DNA of 64,000 bases from an uncultured Nitrospiraceae bacterium (GTDB lineage: Bacteria; Nitrospirota; Thermodesulfovibrionia; Thermodesulfovibrionales; Dissulfurispiraceae), in the NCBI GenBank assembly GCA_963727805.1, contig CAVSHF010000003.1:949698-1013697 (forward strand). Direction: 5' to 3'. Shown one piece after another: positions 29,565 through 38,593 of the stretch. The notes beneath the pieces are model-generated. The model saw only the letters and a program-made list of their open reading frames with translations. It was not told the origin of the DNA and did not search any database. The translations under genes were made by a program, and so were the position numbers. The stretch's first letter is position 1. Every line of letters begins with the position of its first letter.

Positions 29565-29933
29565 CTATTTCATAAGTTGCCCCGTATCATACAATGCCTC
29601 AATGTTAAAAGCAGGTACTGTAACGGAGATATAGATAAGTTTCTCCGATCCTGCATTCTCAACCGCGTGCTCCACATTTGAAGGGATGTATAGAAGATCT
29701 CCCGTCTGAACATCGGCAATCTCAGAACCAACCTTTATACGACCCTTCCCATTGATAATGATATAGGCTTGTTCCGGCACATGATGATGAGGTTGCTGAT
29801 TTGAGCCTGGCTCAACTTCCACCCTGGCAATTGCAAGATTATCAGTTGGTGTATCTCCGGACTGTAACAATATGTGCGACACTAAGCCTGGGCGAATTCG
29901 CTTTGGTGACTCTGTAAGACTTCTTTTAAACAT
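29565..29933 (-). CDS. Cupin-domain protein
   Basis: 122 aa. Cupin motifs GSNQQPHHHVPEQAYIIINGKG and GDLLYIPSNVEHAVEN. Confidence 0.75.
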   Translation of the reverse strand: MFKRSLTESPKRIRPGLVSHILLQSGDTPTDNLAIARVEVEPGSNQQPHHHVPEQAYIIINGKGRIKVGSEIADVQTGDLLYIPSNVEHAVENAGSEKLIYISVTVPAFNIEALYDTGQLMK

Positions 29934-30353
29934 CCTCTCTCCTACGGCACCGATTAATAATATTAATTTGAAGAATCATTCATAAGTATAGCAAAAAGCT
30001 GTCCGCACAAGTACCTTTGAAAACCTGATAAGGCTAACATGTCAATGCGTTTCTAGAAATGCAACAGTGAAGATTTTTGAAAAGAATATCTCATGTCTGA
30101 GCGATACAGATCAAGGCGTGTTATAAGAAGTCAATCGACGAAGTCGCAATGAAAGTTTTTTTGCAATCACCAAATTCCTAGTACTGGTACAATCAATAAC
30201 TTTGCAGGTGACACCAACATTCTCAGGCTACGAGCTAATCCTGACTTCCTTAGAAGAGGAAGAAGTTGATCCGGAACAAGTCTTGGAAGCACCGCCCTGA
30301 CAATTGTCCAAACTATTTCACATCGCTGTCCGAACTAAATCGGAAGTTGACTG

Positions 30354-30779
30354 CTACTCTCCACTCCCATCTTTCAAGATTTGTTGAAGGTGCTTGGTCC
30401 TTTCACGGGTTAATTCAGCTTTCCGAAATAAGAAAGACATTGGATACATGCTACCCCAGCAGATTCTTACGTTGTCTTCAGGGCATGCAAATCTTGCTTC
30501 AAGATCAGCATCACGAAATGCCAGCCAAGCTTTCTGGGCAAGCTGTAGTTTGCTAATAAATAACGGGTCATCAGCCTCTTTCTTGATGAGAGACTGATAC
30601 GTTTGATTGAGCGCTTTGTCTGCCTTGGCCAAGTCATCACTAGCGCAGGCGTTTAGTTCTAATTGGCCCCCGCTATCGTTACATTTGATCTCATCGCCAG
30701 CCCATAATGCGATTGGCACAAGCGCGATCAAGGCAAAGAGAACTGCTCGAATAATAATTCGAATCCCCCATTCTAACAA
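30354..30779 (-). CDS. DUF1311 / LprI-like periplasmic protein
   Basis: 141 aa with a signal sequence. Contains ELNACASDDLAKADKALNQTYQSL and QKAWLAFRDA, characteristic of DUF1311. Confidence 0.7.
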   Translation of the reverse strand: MLEWGIRIIIRAVLFALIALVPIALWAGDEIKCNDSGGQLELNACASDDLAKADKALNQTYQSLIKKEADDPLFISKLQLAQKAWLAFRDADLEARFACPEDNVRICWGSMYPMSFLFRKAELTRERTKHLQQILKDGSGE

Positions 30780-31069
30780 TTACGATACCAACTTGGTCTT
30801 TTCTGCCAAAAGTATATCACACTTCAACACATAATAGAATATTGCTGTAACATATATTTCTTTAATATCATCCCATTAAAATTTGACAACTTGTGATAAC
30901 ACGAGATGCATTATTTTTGTTCCCTTGATGATCCGACTTTAATTATTCTATTATTGGAATGTTTTGTCGCTCAAAGAAAATATGCCGGGCAGATTATACT
31001 CACCGAAGTCATTTCAAGGAAGTCTACAGCAGTGGATTGACGGCCTGAGAATCGCCACCTAATAGACGC

Positions 31070-31315
31070 CTATGCCTTTTTCTGTCGGTCCTCACCATGC
31101 GCCTTAGATCTGTCCGTTCGTATCAATCTGCGTACAAAAAAGACTACGCCCAGCGCAATAGCAATCCAGGATATTACCATGACTATTGTAATCCATGTCG
31201 GTAGGCTCGCACCCTGCTCGTCGATGTGGCCCGGACGATCTCCATGGGCATAGGCCGATGATGCAGCGCACAGAACCGCCACCGCTACGACGTTTACCAA
31301 TTCATACAATCTCAT
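31070..31315 (-). CDS. Small exported protein with a C-terminal TM anchor
   Basis: 81 aa. A signal peptide ending AYAHG is followed by a short HGDRPGHIDEQG segment, one TM helix and a basic tail. Confidence 0.4.
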   Translation of the reverse strand: MRLYELVNVVAVAVLCAASSAYAHGDRPGHIDEQGASLPTWITIVMVISWIAIALGVVFFVRRLIRTDRSKAHGEDRQKKA

Positions 31316-31452
31316 GCGGTTGTTCCATTTTTATTTTCGATCAACGTTTTTATCTGCTTACACATGCCGTACATACAATGGAAAAAGCCGCGCATACCAT
31401 TGCGGCATCCCCAAAAAGGATTTCAGAGCTTACAACATAGCCAACACTCTTA

Positions 31453-31854
31453 TTACTTACAATAGCTGCAACTGTCCTCGCAATATTTGCACCTGTATCC
31501 CGATTTGACACAAACATTGAAACATTTGACGTCCTTATAGCGTTGACCCTGCCCCGGCTGCACCTTTTGACTGCCGCTATCACTTGTGCCACAGTTACAA
31601 CTTGACTGACAGCATTTTTGAGTGTCATCTTGAACTCTGCAGCCCTTACAGCACTCCCTTTCAGAGGATGCTGACATAGCACCGGGAGGAAGAGTCACTA
31701 AAGCAATTAAAAAAATTATCAGTAGAACTAAGGGCCCAATTGGCAGGGTATCTTGCATGGTCGTGATTTTACGGTGGATCTTCTGTCCTTCTTTACAGTT
31801 TTCAGAAAAGTCAGATTCATCAGCTGACGAGGTGGTGAAGAGATAATTGTCCAT
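31453..31854 (-). CDS. Membrane-anchored cysteine-rich protein (13 Cys in the last ~69 residues)
   Basis: 133 aa with GGAGGA 6 nt upstream of the ATG at 31854. It has a central TM helix, then ERECCKGC...KCCQSSCNCG...CFNVC...RCKYCEDSCSYCK. Confidence 0.5.
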   Translation of the reverse strand: MDNYLFTTSSADESDFSENCKEGQKIHRKITTMQDTLPIGPLVLLIIFLIALVTLPPGAMSASSERECCKGCRVQDDTQKCCQSSCNCGTSDSGSQKVQPGQGQRYKDVKCFNVCVKSGYRCKYCEDSCSYCK

Positions 31855-31935
31855 GATGTCCTCCAGTAGTCGGATAAGACAATACCCGATATGAAGTATT
31901 AACAGAACCTTCTATAATACTACTGCATAAGCGCA

Positions 31936-33186
31936 TTAATTCGCTATTGCAGGCCCGCTTAAGGTGCGAAGAAAGGCCTCAAGCTGGTCTAATTCCTTAT
32001 CGCTCAATTCGCCGTGGCCAAGCTCATGACTATCCGATCCGCGGTAAAACTTGAGTACCTCTTTTAGTGTTGAGAATTGACCGGCGTGCATATAGGGAGC
32101 TCTTTGAGCAACATTTCTCAATGTAGGCGTCTTAAAGGCGCCTGAATATTTTGTTGTATTCGTATCCAGGTATCTCAGTTCCGCACAATCACCGGGGCCG
32201 GCATCGCTGTATTTGCCCAGACAGTTAAACTCATCCGCGAGTACCTTCCTGATGCCGTCAGCCCTTCCATTGTCGCGAGGCATTTTGGTAGGCGTCGGTA
32301 CGCCAGTATTATGAAAGTCGCTATTGGTAAAGAGAGGGCCAGTATGGCAATTTGTGCATTTGGCCTTGCCTATAAAGAGCCTGAGGCCGCCCGCTTCGTC
32401 AGGTGTAAACATCTTTGAAAGAGCCGTCGTATCGCTGTCGATAAGAGCCTTGGCATACCCATCAAATCGTGACGGTCCTGGAACAATAGTCCGGACATAA
32501 GCGGCAATTGCCTTGCCCATGTTGGCATAAATGCGATCAACCTCATCACGCTGGACCGGCGTCATCGATGCCCATGTCTTGAGTGAAACGATATCTTCCG
32601 TGGCAGGGCTCGCGACAGCATTTTTTATGTCGGGTATCTTACCGAAAATCGCCTCATATTCTGTCCGGTAATGCCTGGCGATCAGATAGGCGCATGCTGT
32701 CCTTGTAAATCCGTGCTCGACGTTGCTCTCAAGCGGACCCAGTGCCTGCGACCAGAGGCTGTCTTTTCTCCCGTCCCAGAAAAACCATGTATTATAGGCA
32801 ACTCCCAACAGAGGCATCGATCTTCTTGTTGTGGATCCTATCCCATGCGCCAACGGAAGGTCATCGGTAAAGCTCATGTCGGGCCTATGGCAGGTGGCGC
32901 ATGATACTTTCAGGTTTCCGCTAAAACGCGAATCAAAGAAGAATCTTTTGCCGAGCGCTATGGCTGCAGGATTATCGGCAAAGGAATTAGAAGGATCTTT
33001 CGGTAGGGCTGGCAGAGATCCTATCCATAAAGAACGTATGACAGAGATCTCCTTTTGATCCCATGAATGAATGCCGTTTTCTGAGGCGCATGCCATCGGT
33101 GCGAGATGTAACGGTATCGCTAATACTACTATGAATAAAAGCGCTGACAGGTGATAATGTCTTTGTGCATTCTTAATGATTTTCAT
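31936..33186 (-). CDS. Di-haem cytochrome c peroxidase family protein (CCP/MauG-like)
   Basis: Two haem c motifs (CATCH and CTNCH) plus PTLRNVA and PYMHAG. The likely start is the ATG at 33186, 13 nt after the upstream stop; the ORF track extends to a TTG at 33210. Confidence 0.85.
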   Translation of the reverse strand: MKIIKNAQRHYHLSALLFIVVLAIPLHLAPMACASENGIHSWDQKEISVIRSLWIGSLPALPKDPSNSFADNPAAIALGKRFFFDSRFSGNLKVSCATCHRPDMSFTDDLPLAHGIGSTTRRSMPLLGVAYNTWFFWDGRKDSLWSQALGPLESNVEHGFTRTACAYLIARHYRTEYEAIFGKIPDIKNAVASPATEDIVSLKTWASMTPVQRDEVDRIYANMGKAIAAYVRTIVPGPSRFDGYAKALIDSDTTALSKMFTPDEAGGLRLFIGKAKCTNCHTGPLFTNSDFHNTGVPTPTKMPRDNGRADGIRKVLADEFNCLGKYSDAGPGDCAELRYLDTNTTKYSGAFKTPTLRNVAQRAPYMHAGQFSTLKEVLKFYRGSDSHELGHGELSDKELDQLEAFLRTLSGPAIAN

Positions 33187-33199
33187 AGGGACATTCTCG

Positions 33200-34036
33200 T
33201 TATGGCACAATAAGGTTAAAGGTAATAATGTCTTCCATGCCCTCTGCCTTTATCTTAAATGTCATCACCCACCATCCAGGCATACTGAATTTCAGCCCTT
33301 GTACGACATAATCTCCGGCAACTGCACCCTCAGCTACCTCTGGCATAGTTGGAAGGCCGTGCCCATGTTCAGGCATTTCACCACTAAGGACGACTTCCGC
33401 GTTCTTTACGGCGCGACCATCTGCCATCACGACTCTCAATTTCCAGCTGATTATCCTGCCGACCGGGATCGGCATGACATTGCTTGCATATGACGCTCTG
33501 AACAGTTTTTTTACTGACTCGCGGGCTGCAGATGTGTCGACATCTGCAGGGGCTGAAGAATGCATCATTTTATGCTCATCCTGCGACATTGATGCCGATC
33601 TGCTAACGTCCGGGAAATCGAAGGTGACATTGTCCTCTGTATTGTTCTTCTGAATCTTCAGTCGAAGCTCCCAGCGCCCTTCCATTATTAGGATTATATT
33701 TTCGACGCTATATGTACCCCCGCCCCTCTCTTTGACCACTGGCTTCTCAAAAACACCATGACCCATCTCCGGCATCCAGGGGACGACCTTTATTTCCGCA
33801 CCGGCCACATCCTTGTCGCTTTTGTCGTGGACGATTATGTCAAGAGTATTAACTCCCACTTTAAGGTCTTTATCTTTGATCACCATCTCGACAGAGTATA
33901 CGCCATTGTCCGTCATCTTGAAGAGGCTCTGCTCATAGTGTTTCGTGTGTTGATCGGCTTCTGAATGACCTGTATGAGCGGCAAACACAATTAACGGGAA
34001 AAGCACAACAGCTATGGCTAATAAAACAGTTCTCAT
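33200..34036 (-). CDS. Exported protein with two YtkA/FixH-like Ig-fold domains
   Basis: 278 aa with a signal peptide. The N-terminal domain is clearly homologous to the C-terminus of the CopD fusion (VVPWMPEMGHGVF.KPVVKE.GGGTYSVEN). A second domain contains MPEHGHGLP. Confidence 0.6.
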   Translation of the reverse strand: MRTVLLAIAVVLFPLIVFAAHTGHSEADQHTKHYEQSLFKMTDNGVYSVEMVIKDKDLKVGVNTLDIIVHDKSDKDVAGAEIKVVPWMPEMGHGVFEKPVVKERGGGTYSVENIILIMEGRWELRLKIQKNNTEDNVTFDFPDVSRSASMSQDEHKMMHSSAPADVDTSAARESVKKLFRASYASNVMPIPVGRIISWKLRVVMADGRAVKNAEVVLSGEMPEHGHGLPTMPEVAEGAVAGDYVVQGLKFSMPGWWVMTFKIKAEGMEDIITFNLIVP

Positions 34037-34115
34037 GGCAGGGACCTCATTCCAATAGATATAGGATGTTCTAAAAAAATATTCCTTGTCAGCAGCTGTA
34101 CTATGCTAATAAACA

Positions 34116-34147
34116 GTCAGGGCAGGAACATTAAGTCCTGCCCTGAC
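34116..34147 (-). terminator. Rho-independent terminator candidate after the Met-rich gene
   Basis: 12-bp perfect stem GTCAGGGCAGGA / TCCTGCCCTGAC with an 8-nt loop, 9 nt past the stop at 34156. On the minus strand it is followed by TGTTTATT. Confidence 0.6.
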
Positions 34148-34155
34148 GAATCAGA

Positions 34156-34905
34156 CTATTTAGAGCCGGCTGAAGGCATCTTGGAAAGTAAATCGATGAC
34201 TTTCATGGCAGCTTCGCCATGCTGATGAGACATCGCCATCATTGGGTTGTCCATCGTCATGCCCTTTTCATGCATGTCCATCATCTCTTTGCCGCCCATC
34301 ATGTCGGATACCATGGGTTTGGCATCCTTCATCATCTCTTTTCCGTGCTCGACTGTCATCTTGTCTACAGCACCTGCCATGCCCATCTCCCCAAGCATTA
34401 CCATATTAGCTCCTTCGGCAGCCATTTGCAAGGCATGATTGACCATCATATGCATATGGTGCATTGACATCATGCCAGGAGCGGACATGTCCTCCATAGA
34501 CATCTTTTCGAGTATGTCAGCGACTTTGAGCATAGATTCGCCAAGTTGATGTGTGTAGTCCATCATCGGGTCCTTGCCATGTTTCTTCATCATAGCTGTC
34601 ATCTCCGGGCCATTTAGGGCACGAACGATCAATTCCTTGCCTTCTTTCATCATGTGGTGTCCGTGATGGAGCATCTTTTCATCGACTCCCGGTGCCATTT
34701 TCATCTGCGCAAGCATCGCCATATTCGAACCCTCGGCTATCATCGATATGCCGTGATTCATCAGCATATGGAAGTGATGCATGTGCATAGAGGCATCATG
34801 GCCCTTGTGCTTCATCTCTTCAGCATTTGCAGAACCAAACATAGCAAAAGACAAGATAACTGCTAATACAATTATCCTGTTAAGTCTTTTCATCATACCT
34901 TTCAT
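34156..34905 (-). CDS. Periplasmic Met/His-rich protein with an internal ~105-aa duplication (probable Cu(I)-binding)
   Basis: 249 aa with a signal peptide. I counted about 53 Met (about one residue in five). Two repeats follow the pattern HM..NH...M.AEG.NM.ML..M.MA...D....HG..MMK. Confidence 0.65.
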   Translation of the reverse strand: MKGMMKRLNRIIVLAVILSFAMFGSANAEEMKHKGHDASMHMHHFHMLMNHGISMIAEGSNMAMLAQMKMAPGVDEKMLHHGHHMMKEGKELIVRALNGPEMTAMMKKHGKDPMMDYTHQLGESMLKVADILEKMSMEDMSAPGMMSMHHMHMMVNHALQMAAEGANMVMLGEMGMAGAVDKMTVEHGKEMMKDAKPMVSDMMGGKEMMDMHEKGMTMDNPMMAMSHQHGEAAMKVIDLLSKMPSAGSK

Positions 34906-35097
34906 AAATAATCCTCCTTTGTTGTCGGTCTAAACCGACTTTCGGTTATCTTAAAGATAACGTGTAGCCATATAAAATATAGCTATGATCGATCCGTCAA
35001 ACAACTTCACCGTAAGTTTGTGCAAATCGCCTGTCACCATTACGTCCGCAGTGGTGGAAGAAATCACTGGATTATGTTCATCCAGTGACATGTCTGC

Positions 35098-36432
35098 CTA
35101 TCCACTACTGACCGGGAAGGCAAAGGTGACATTGTCCTCTGCATTGTCCTTTTTAATCTTCAGCCTCATCTCCCAGCGTCCTTCCATTATAAGCACAACA
35201 TTTTCTACACTATATGTACCGCCTCCCTTCTCTTTGACTACGGGTTTATCAAAGACCCCATGCCCCATCTCCGGCATCCAGGGGACAACATTCATTTCCG
35301 CGCCAGTTACCTCTTTCCCATTTTTGTCCTGGAGCACGACGTCAAAAGTATTAACTCCCACCTGAAGAGCTTGATCTTTGATCACAATCTTCACAGAATA
35401 CAGACCATTGGCCGTCATCTTTAACAGACTCTGCTCATTGACCTGTTCCTTACGTTGACTCATGCCACGATCGGTACTCGTTTCAGGATTTGAAAGCGTT
35501 CTTTGTTCGCGTTCCAGCAGCAGCATATGGACAGCATGACGTGCGGGGACTTCTTGTGTGAAAAGAGAGACACAGAAAAGTATCGCCAGTATCAGGAAAG
35601 CTTCGACTCTGCTCCGCTTGAGAAACTTTGTAACGTATGCAGCTTCGTCCTTTCCCTTCTGAGGAGGGGCGATGTATCTTGAAGTGAGATATGCAAAGAT
35701 AAGCAACTTGATCGAAAGTAACCGTCCGTAGGTATTCGTCAGAAGTGCCCCGAAGGATCCGACATCTACCCAGGCGTTGTAAAGCCCCGTAAAGACGAGC
35801 ACAGCAAAAACAGGACCGAAAAGGACGTAGAACCTGTCAGCTATGCCAGATACGATATGCTGCTGTTCGACGTTGTCCGCTATTTTAGATGCAGAAAACA
35901 TAATCGATATCGTCAGTAGTGTTCCTCCCCAGGAGATAGATGCCAGAAGATGGAACCAGTCTGATAATTCCTGCAGGCTAAAGTCTCCGTTGTCTGCACC
36001 GTGGCTTGTCGCACTGCGTGAAAAGGCAATGGCAGCGCAGGCTAAAAGCAATACAATAGCTATAATACGTGAATTCAGATGCCGATTCCCCAGCCACCAA
36101 ACACACCAGGCTAAGACGATACCAACCGCCCTCACGAGCCACATGCTTCCATAATGCGAACTGAACAGAACAGTTGGCAATACAGGGACTATTTCCGTGA
36201 TGCCCAGACCTGCCATCACCATAGCTCGCTGCACAAGGAGGCCTAAGCTGCTGATGCTCAGTCCGACAAGGCAAAATAAGAGCAGCCTGCGGCAACCGTC
36301 AGAACATTGGTTGGTTGGTGAGTCGACGGATACCGGGCGCATAGTCCAGAAAAGGCAAAGGATAGTGCCAACGAACAAGGATAGCGCCGAAAGATCGATG
36401 AACGGCATCAAGCTATGCAGAAATATATCCAT
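35098..36432 (-). CDS. copD: CopD-family copper-resistance membrane protein fused to a C-terminal YtkA/FixH-like domain
   Basis: About 8 TM helices are followed by a soluble domain homologous to 33200-34036. I place the start at the ATG at 36432 (10 nt after the copC stop, GAGG upstream) rather than the track start at 36513, which overlaps copC by 71 nt. Confidence 0.75.
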   Translation of the reverse strand: MDIFLHSLMPFIDLSALSLFVGTILCLFWTMRPVSVDSPTNQCSDGCRRLLLFCLVGLSISSLGLLVQRAMVMAGLGITEIVPVLPTVLFSSHYGSMWLVRAVGIVLAWCVWWLGNRHLNSRIIAIVLLLACAAIAFSRSATSHGADNGDFSLQELSDWFHLLASISWGGTLLTISIMFSASKIADNVEQQHIVSGIADRFYVLFGPVFAVLVFTGLYNAWVDVGSFGALLTNTYGRLLSIKLLIFAYLTSRYIAPPQKGKDEAAYVTKFLKRSRVEAFLILAILFCVSLFTQEVPARHAVHMLLLEREQRTLSNPETSTDRGMSQRKEQVNEQSLLKMTANGLYSVKIVIKDQALQVGVNTFDVVLQDKNGKEVTGAEMNVVPWMPEMGHGVFDKPVVKEKGGGTYSVENVVLIMEGRWEMRLKIKKDNAEDNVTFAFPVSSG

Positions 36433-36442
36433 GTCATTGACC

Positions 36443-36817
36443 TCATTTGATCGTAAATCTATAATCCCCGGTAGTGCGGTGTCCGTCTCTTGCCACGACG
36501 TTCCAAATGACACGATAGGTTCCAGCCGGCAGCGGAGGCAAGCCGACTTCGAGCAGGACCGAATTGGAGGGGTTCACCCGGCTGTTGCCCTGGTCCACTT
36601 GTTTGCCACTCATGTCCTGGACTGTCATCTTGCTGAAGGCCGGCTCAATATCCCCATCGAACCATATATATGCGCCGACAGGCGGAGTCGAAATAGTCTC
36701 CCCGACCCTCGGAATTGAATGATCGGGGAAGGCATGCCCATGGGACATACTAGGTAATACAAGCAGTAACGCAAGATAAGAAAGCGCTACTGCCGTCCTG
36801 ACATTCATGATATGCAT
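36443..36817 (-). CDS. copC: CopC periplasmic copper-binding protein
   Basis: 124 aa. The signal peptide is cleaved before HAFPDHSIP (N-terminal His ligand). The CopC pattern PAGTYRVIWNVVARDGHRTTG is present. Confidence 0.85.
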   Translation of the reverse strand: MHIMNVRTAVALSYLALLLVLPSMSHGHAFPDHSIPRVGETISTPPVGAYIWFDGDIEPAFSKMTVQDMSGKQVDQGNSRVNPSNSVLLEVGLPPLPAGTYRVIWNVVARDGHRTTGDYRFTIK

Positions 36818-36823
36818 AAGAGT

Positions 36824-37951
36824 TTAGTGAAAAATCGGCCCGCCTATGCTCTTCGGGAACAGGTCATCAACAAATAAATGTATCAGACCAAGAACGCCGA
36901 CAGTCTTCCCCGACCTTGAGTTGACAGGCAGTTCTGCAGCAATTCCGAACTCCATGAACTTCCCCGCCCACACCACACCCGGGTTGATAGTTCCAGTCGT
37001 CAGTCCCTTACTGTCCTGGCTCACGTTGGTCTGCATGGGAAATTCCACGACAAGGATCATGCGTTTGAAGGGATCCGGCAGGCCGATGTCTTTTACATGC
37101 TGTTGCAGGTACATGAGACTGTACTGAATTGTGAACCCCCAGTTAAAAGTCTTAGCATTGTAACTTATAGTCGTGTCTCCAGTATCCGGATCCGTACTGA
37201 CATTCTTGCTTCGTGTGGGGAACCCCATACCAATAGCTCCTGTAACTGCAAACGGTCTGATAAAACTAACGGAGTCTGGCAGATCGCCAAGACCCTTTCC
37301 GAAAAAGAGCCCAGGTGTTACGGTCGAAAATGAGTCCGAAATCTGATGTGCCCCTGTGCCTCCAAGGTCGACGTCAGTACCGATTGACATAATCAGTTCA
37401 TGGGGAGCATTTGTCAAAAACTGCCATTTCGCACCCACACCGAGGTTATCCCAGCCATGCGCCGAGGTGCCATCATCGAACTTCTGGTGTATGTATGCTT
37501 CATGAAATTCAAACCCGAAGTTCGGGATCAGGCGTTTGGAAACGTCGATGTTTATGTCAGTTTCCTTCGATGCCGGGTCTCCAGATTGTCTATTGTGGTG
37601 TATAAGGATCGAAAACTCATCTGAAATAAAGGGGTCGTCCACTGCGAATGTCGTGGGGAAAAACCTGTTGCCCGCGATACCGTGTGCCAAAGCCATGTCC
37701 GGCACAAGAAGTACTAATGACAAGGCAACCCCAAGAGTGCTCAACAGAGATGCTGTCAGTATCGAACCTCCCGACAACGACCAACTTATCGTCCACTTTT
37801 TTTTCGCGTTTCTTTTAATAGATTTTATCACTTCTAAAACCTCCATATTTTTATGTTCAACATCCCTAAAGTAAGGCCGTATGGTGCCTGCTTCCTTCCA
37901 CTGTTTGTCAAAAGCAAGAGAAATATCCAAGTGGTGACCTCTGCCTTGCAC
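36824..37951 (-). CDS. Putative outer-membrane beta-barrel protein (transporter / MetA-pathway-like)
   Basis: It has alternating amphipathic beta-strand character and a signal-like segment ending ALAHG. It lies 6 nt upstream of copC. The start is uncertain (GTG at 37951 or ATG at 37846). Family assignment rests on general resemblance only. Confidence 0.45.
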   Translation of the reverse strand: MQGRGHHLDISLAFDKQWKEAGTIRPYFRDVEHKNMEVLEVIKSIKRNAKKKWTISWSLSGGSILTASLLSTLGVALSLVLLVPDMALAHGIAGNRFFPTTFAVDDPFISDEFSILIHHNRQSGDPASKETDINIDVSKRLIPNFGFEFHEAYIHQKFDDGTSAHGWDNLGVGAKWQFLTNAPHELIMSIGTDVDLGGTGAHQISDSFSTVTPGLFFGKGLGDLPDSVSFIRPFAVTGAIGMGFPTRSKNVSTDPDTGDTTISYNAKTFNWGFTIQYSLMYLQQHVKDIGLPDPFKRMILVVEFPMQTNVSQDSKGLTTGTINPGVVWAGKFMEFGIAAELPVNSRSGKTVGVLGLIHLFVDDLFPKSIGGPIFH

Positions 37952-37989
37952 ATACCAAATCTGGATATTTCAGACAGACAGTTTCGAAT

Positions 37990-38322
37990 CTAGCTTGCAT
38001 ACTCTGGGGGAGGATAATCTTGAAAGACTATCAATAAAGCGCTAGGTGTGAAACTCGATGCAGTATAACCCCCGACATAATGCATTGAAGCAGATAGGTA
38101 TGCACTTTCGTGGACAACGGGCGTGTCAATGCTCTTCTGAATCCCCTCTGTCGAAGCGTGGCAGACCTCTAGTGTAGCAATGCATGGCACGCTGGAGTTT
38201 GTAGACATGCATATATTTACTTTTGGCATTATTGATAAGACCAGACAGATTACACTTATTACCGGAATAAGTTTCGCGAAGTTTGCTATATCCAAAAAAC
38301 CTTGCGATGATTTTATTTGCAT
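37990..38322 (-). CDS. Small single-TM protein, paralogue A of an unknown family
   Basis: 110 aa, homologous to 40261-40563. Shared blocks are LEVCH, GIQ..IDT and a C-terminal TPS..LIVFQ(D/E)YPPPE. Confidence 0.45.
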   Translation of the reverse strand: MQIKSSQGFLDIANFAKLIPVISVICLVLSIMPKVNICMSTNSSVPCIATLEVCHASTEGIQKSIDTPVVHESAYLSASMHYVGGYTASSFTPSALLIVFQDYPPPEYAS

Positions 38323-38593
38323 GTTACCAGAATATCATGTCCTCAAAAAAAATCAAGGATGTCGGTGCATTTGTCACCGGGTTTGATGCTAAAACATGAT
38401 AGATTCTTTCCTTATTCCTCTCAGCATGCACTTTGCCGCAAGGTGTTATAGGCCATTTTTTTGTGGGGGGTCTTTCGACCCCTCCAAATCGGCTTCTATC
38501 AATGCGTGGTGGAATTCTAAAAAAGCTCGATGAAAGAACAGATTGCCTTCTTGCGCCTGTCTCAGCACCGCCGAAGCCGTTGACAGCCCTGAG

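Noticed and set aside
31350-31682. The alternative-frame 110-aa ORF overlapping the Cys-rich gene
   Set aside because: It has no RBS and no motif. The competing frame has a strong GGAGGA RBS, a TM helix and a regular Cys pattern.
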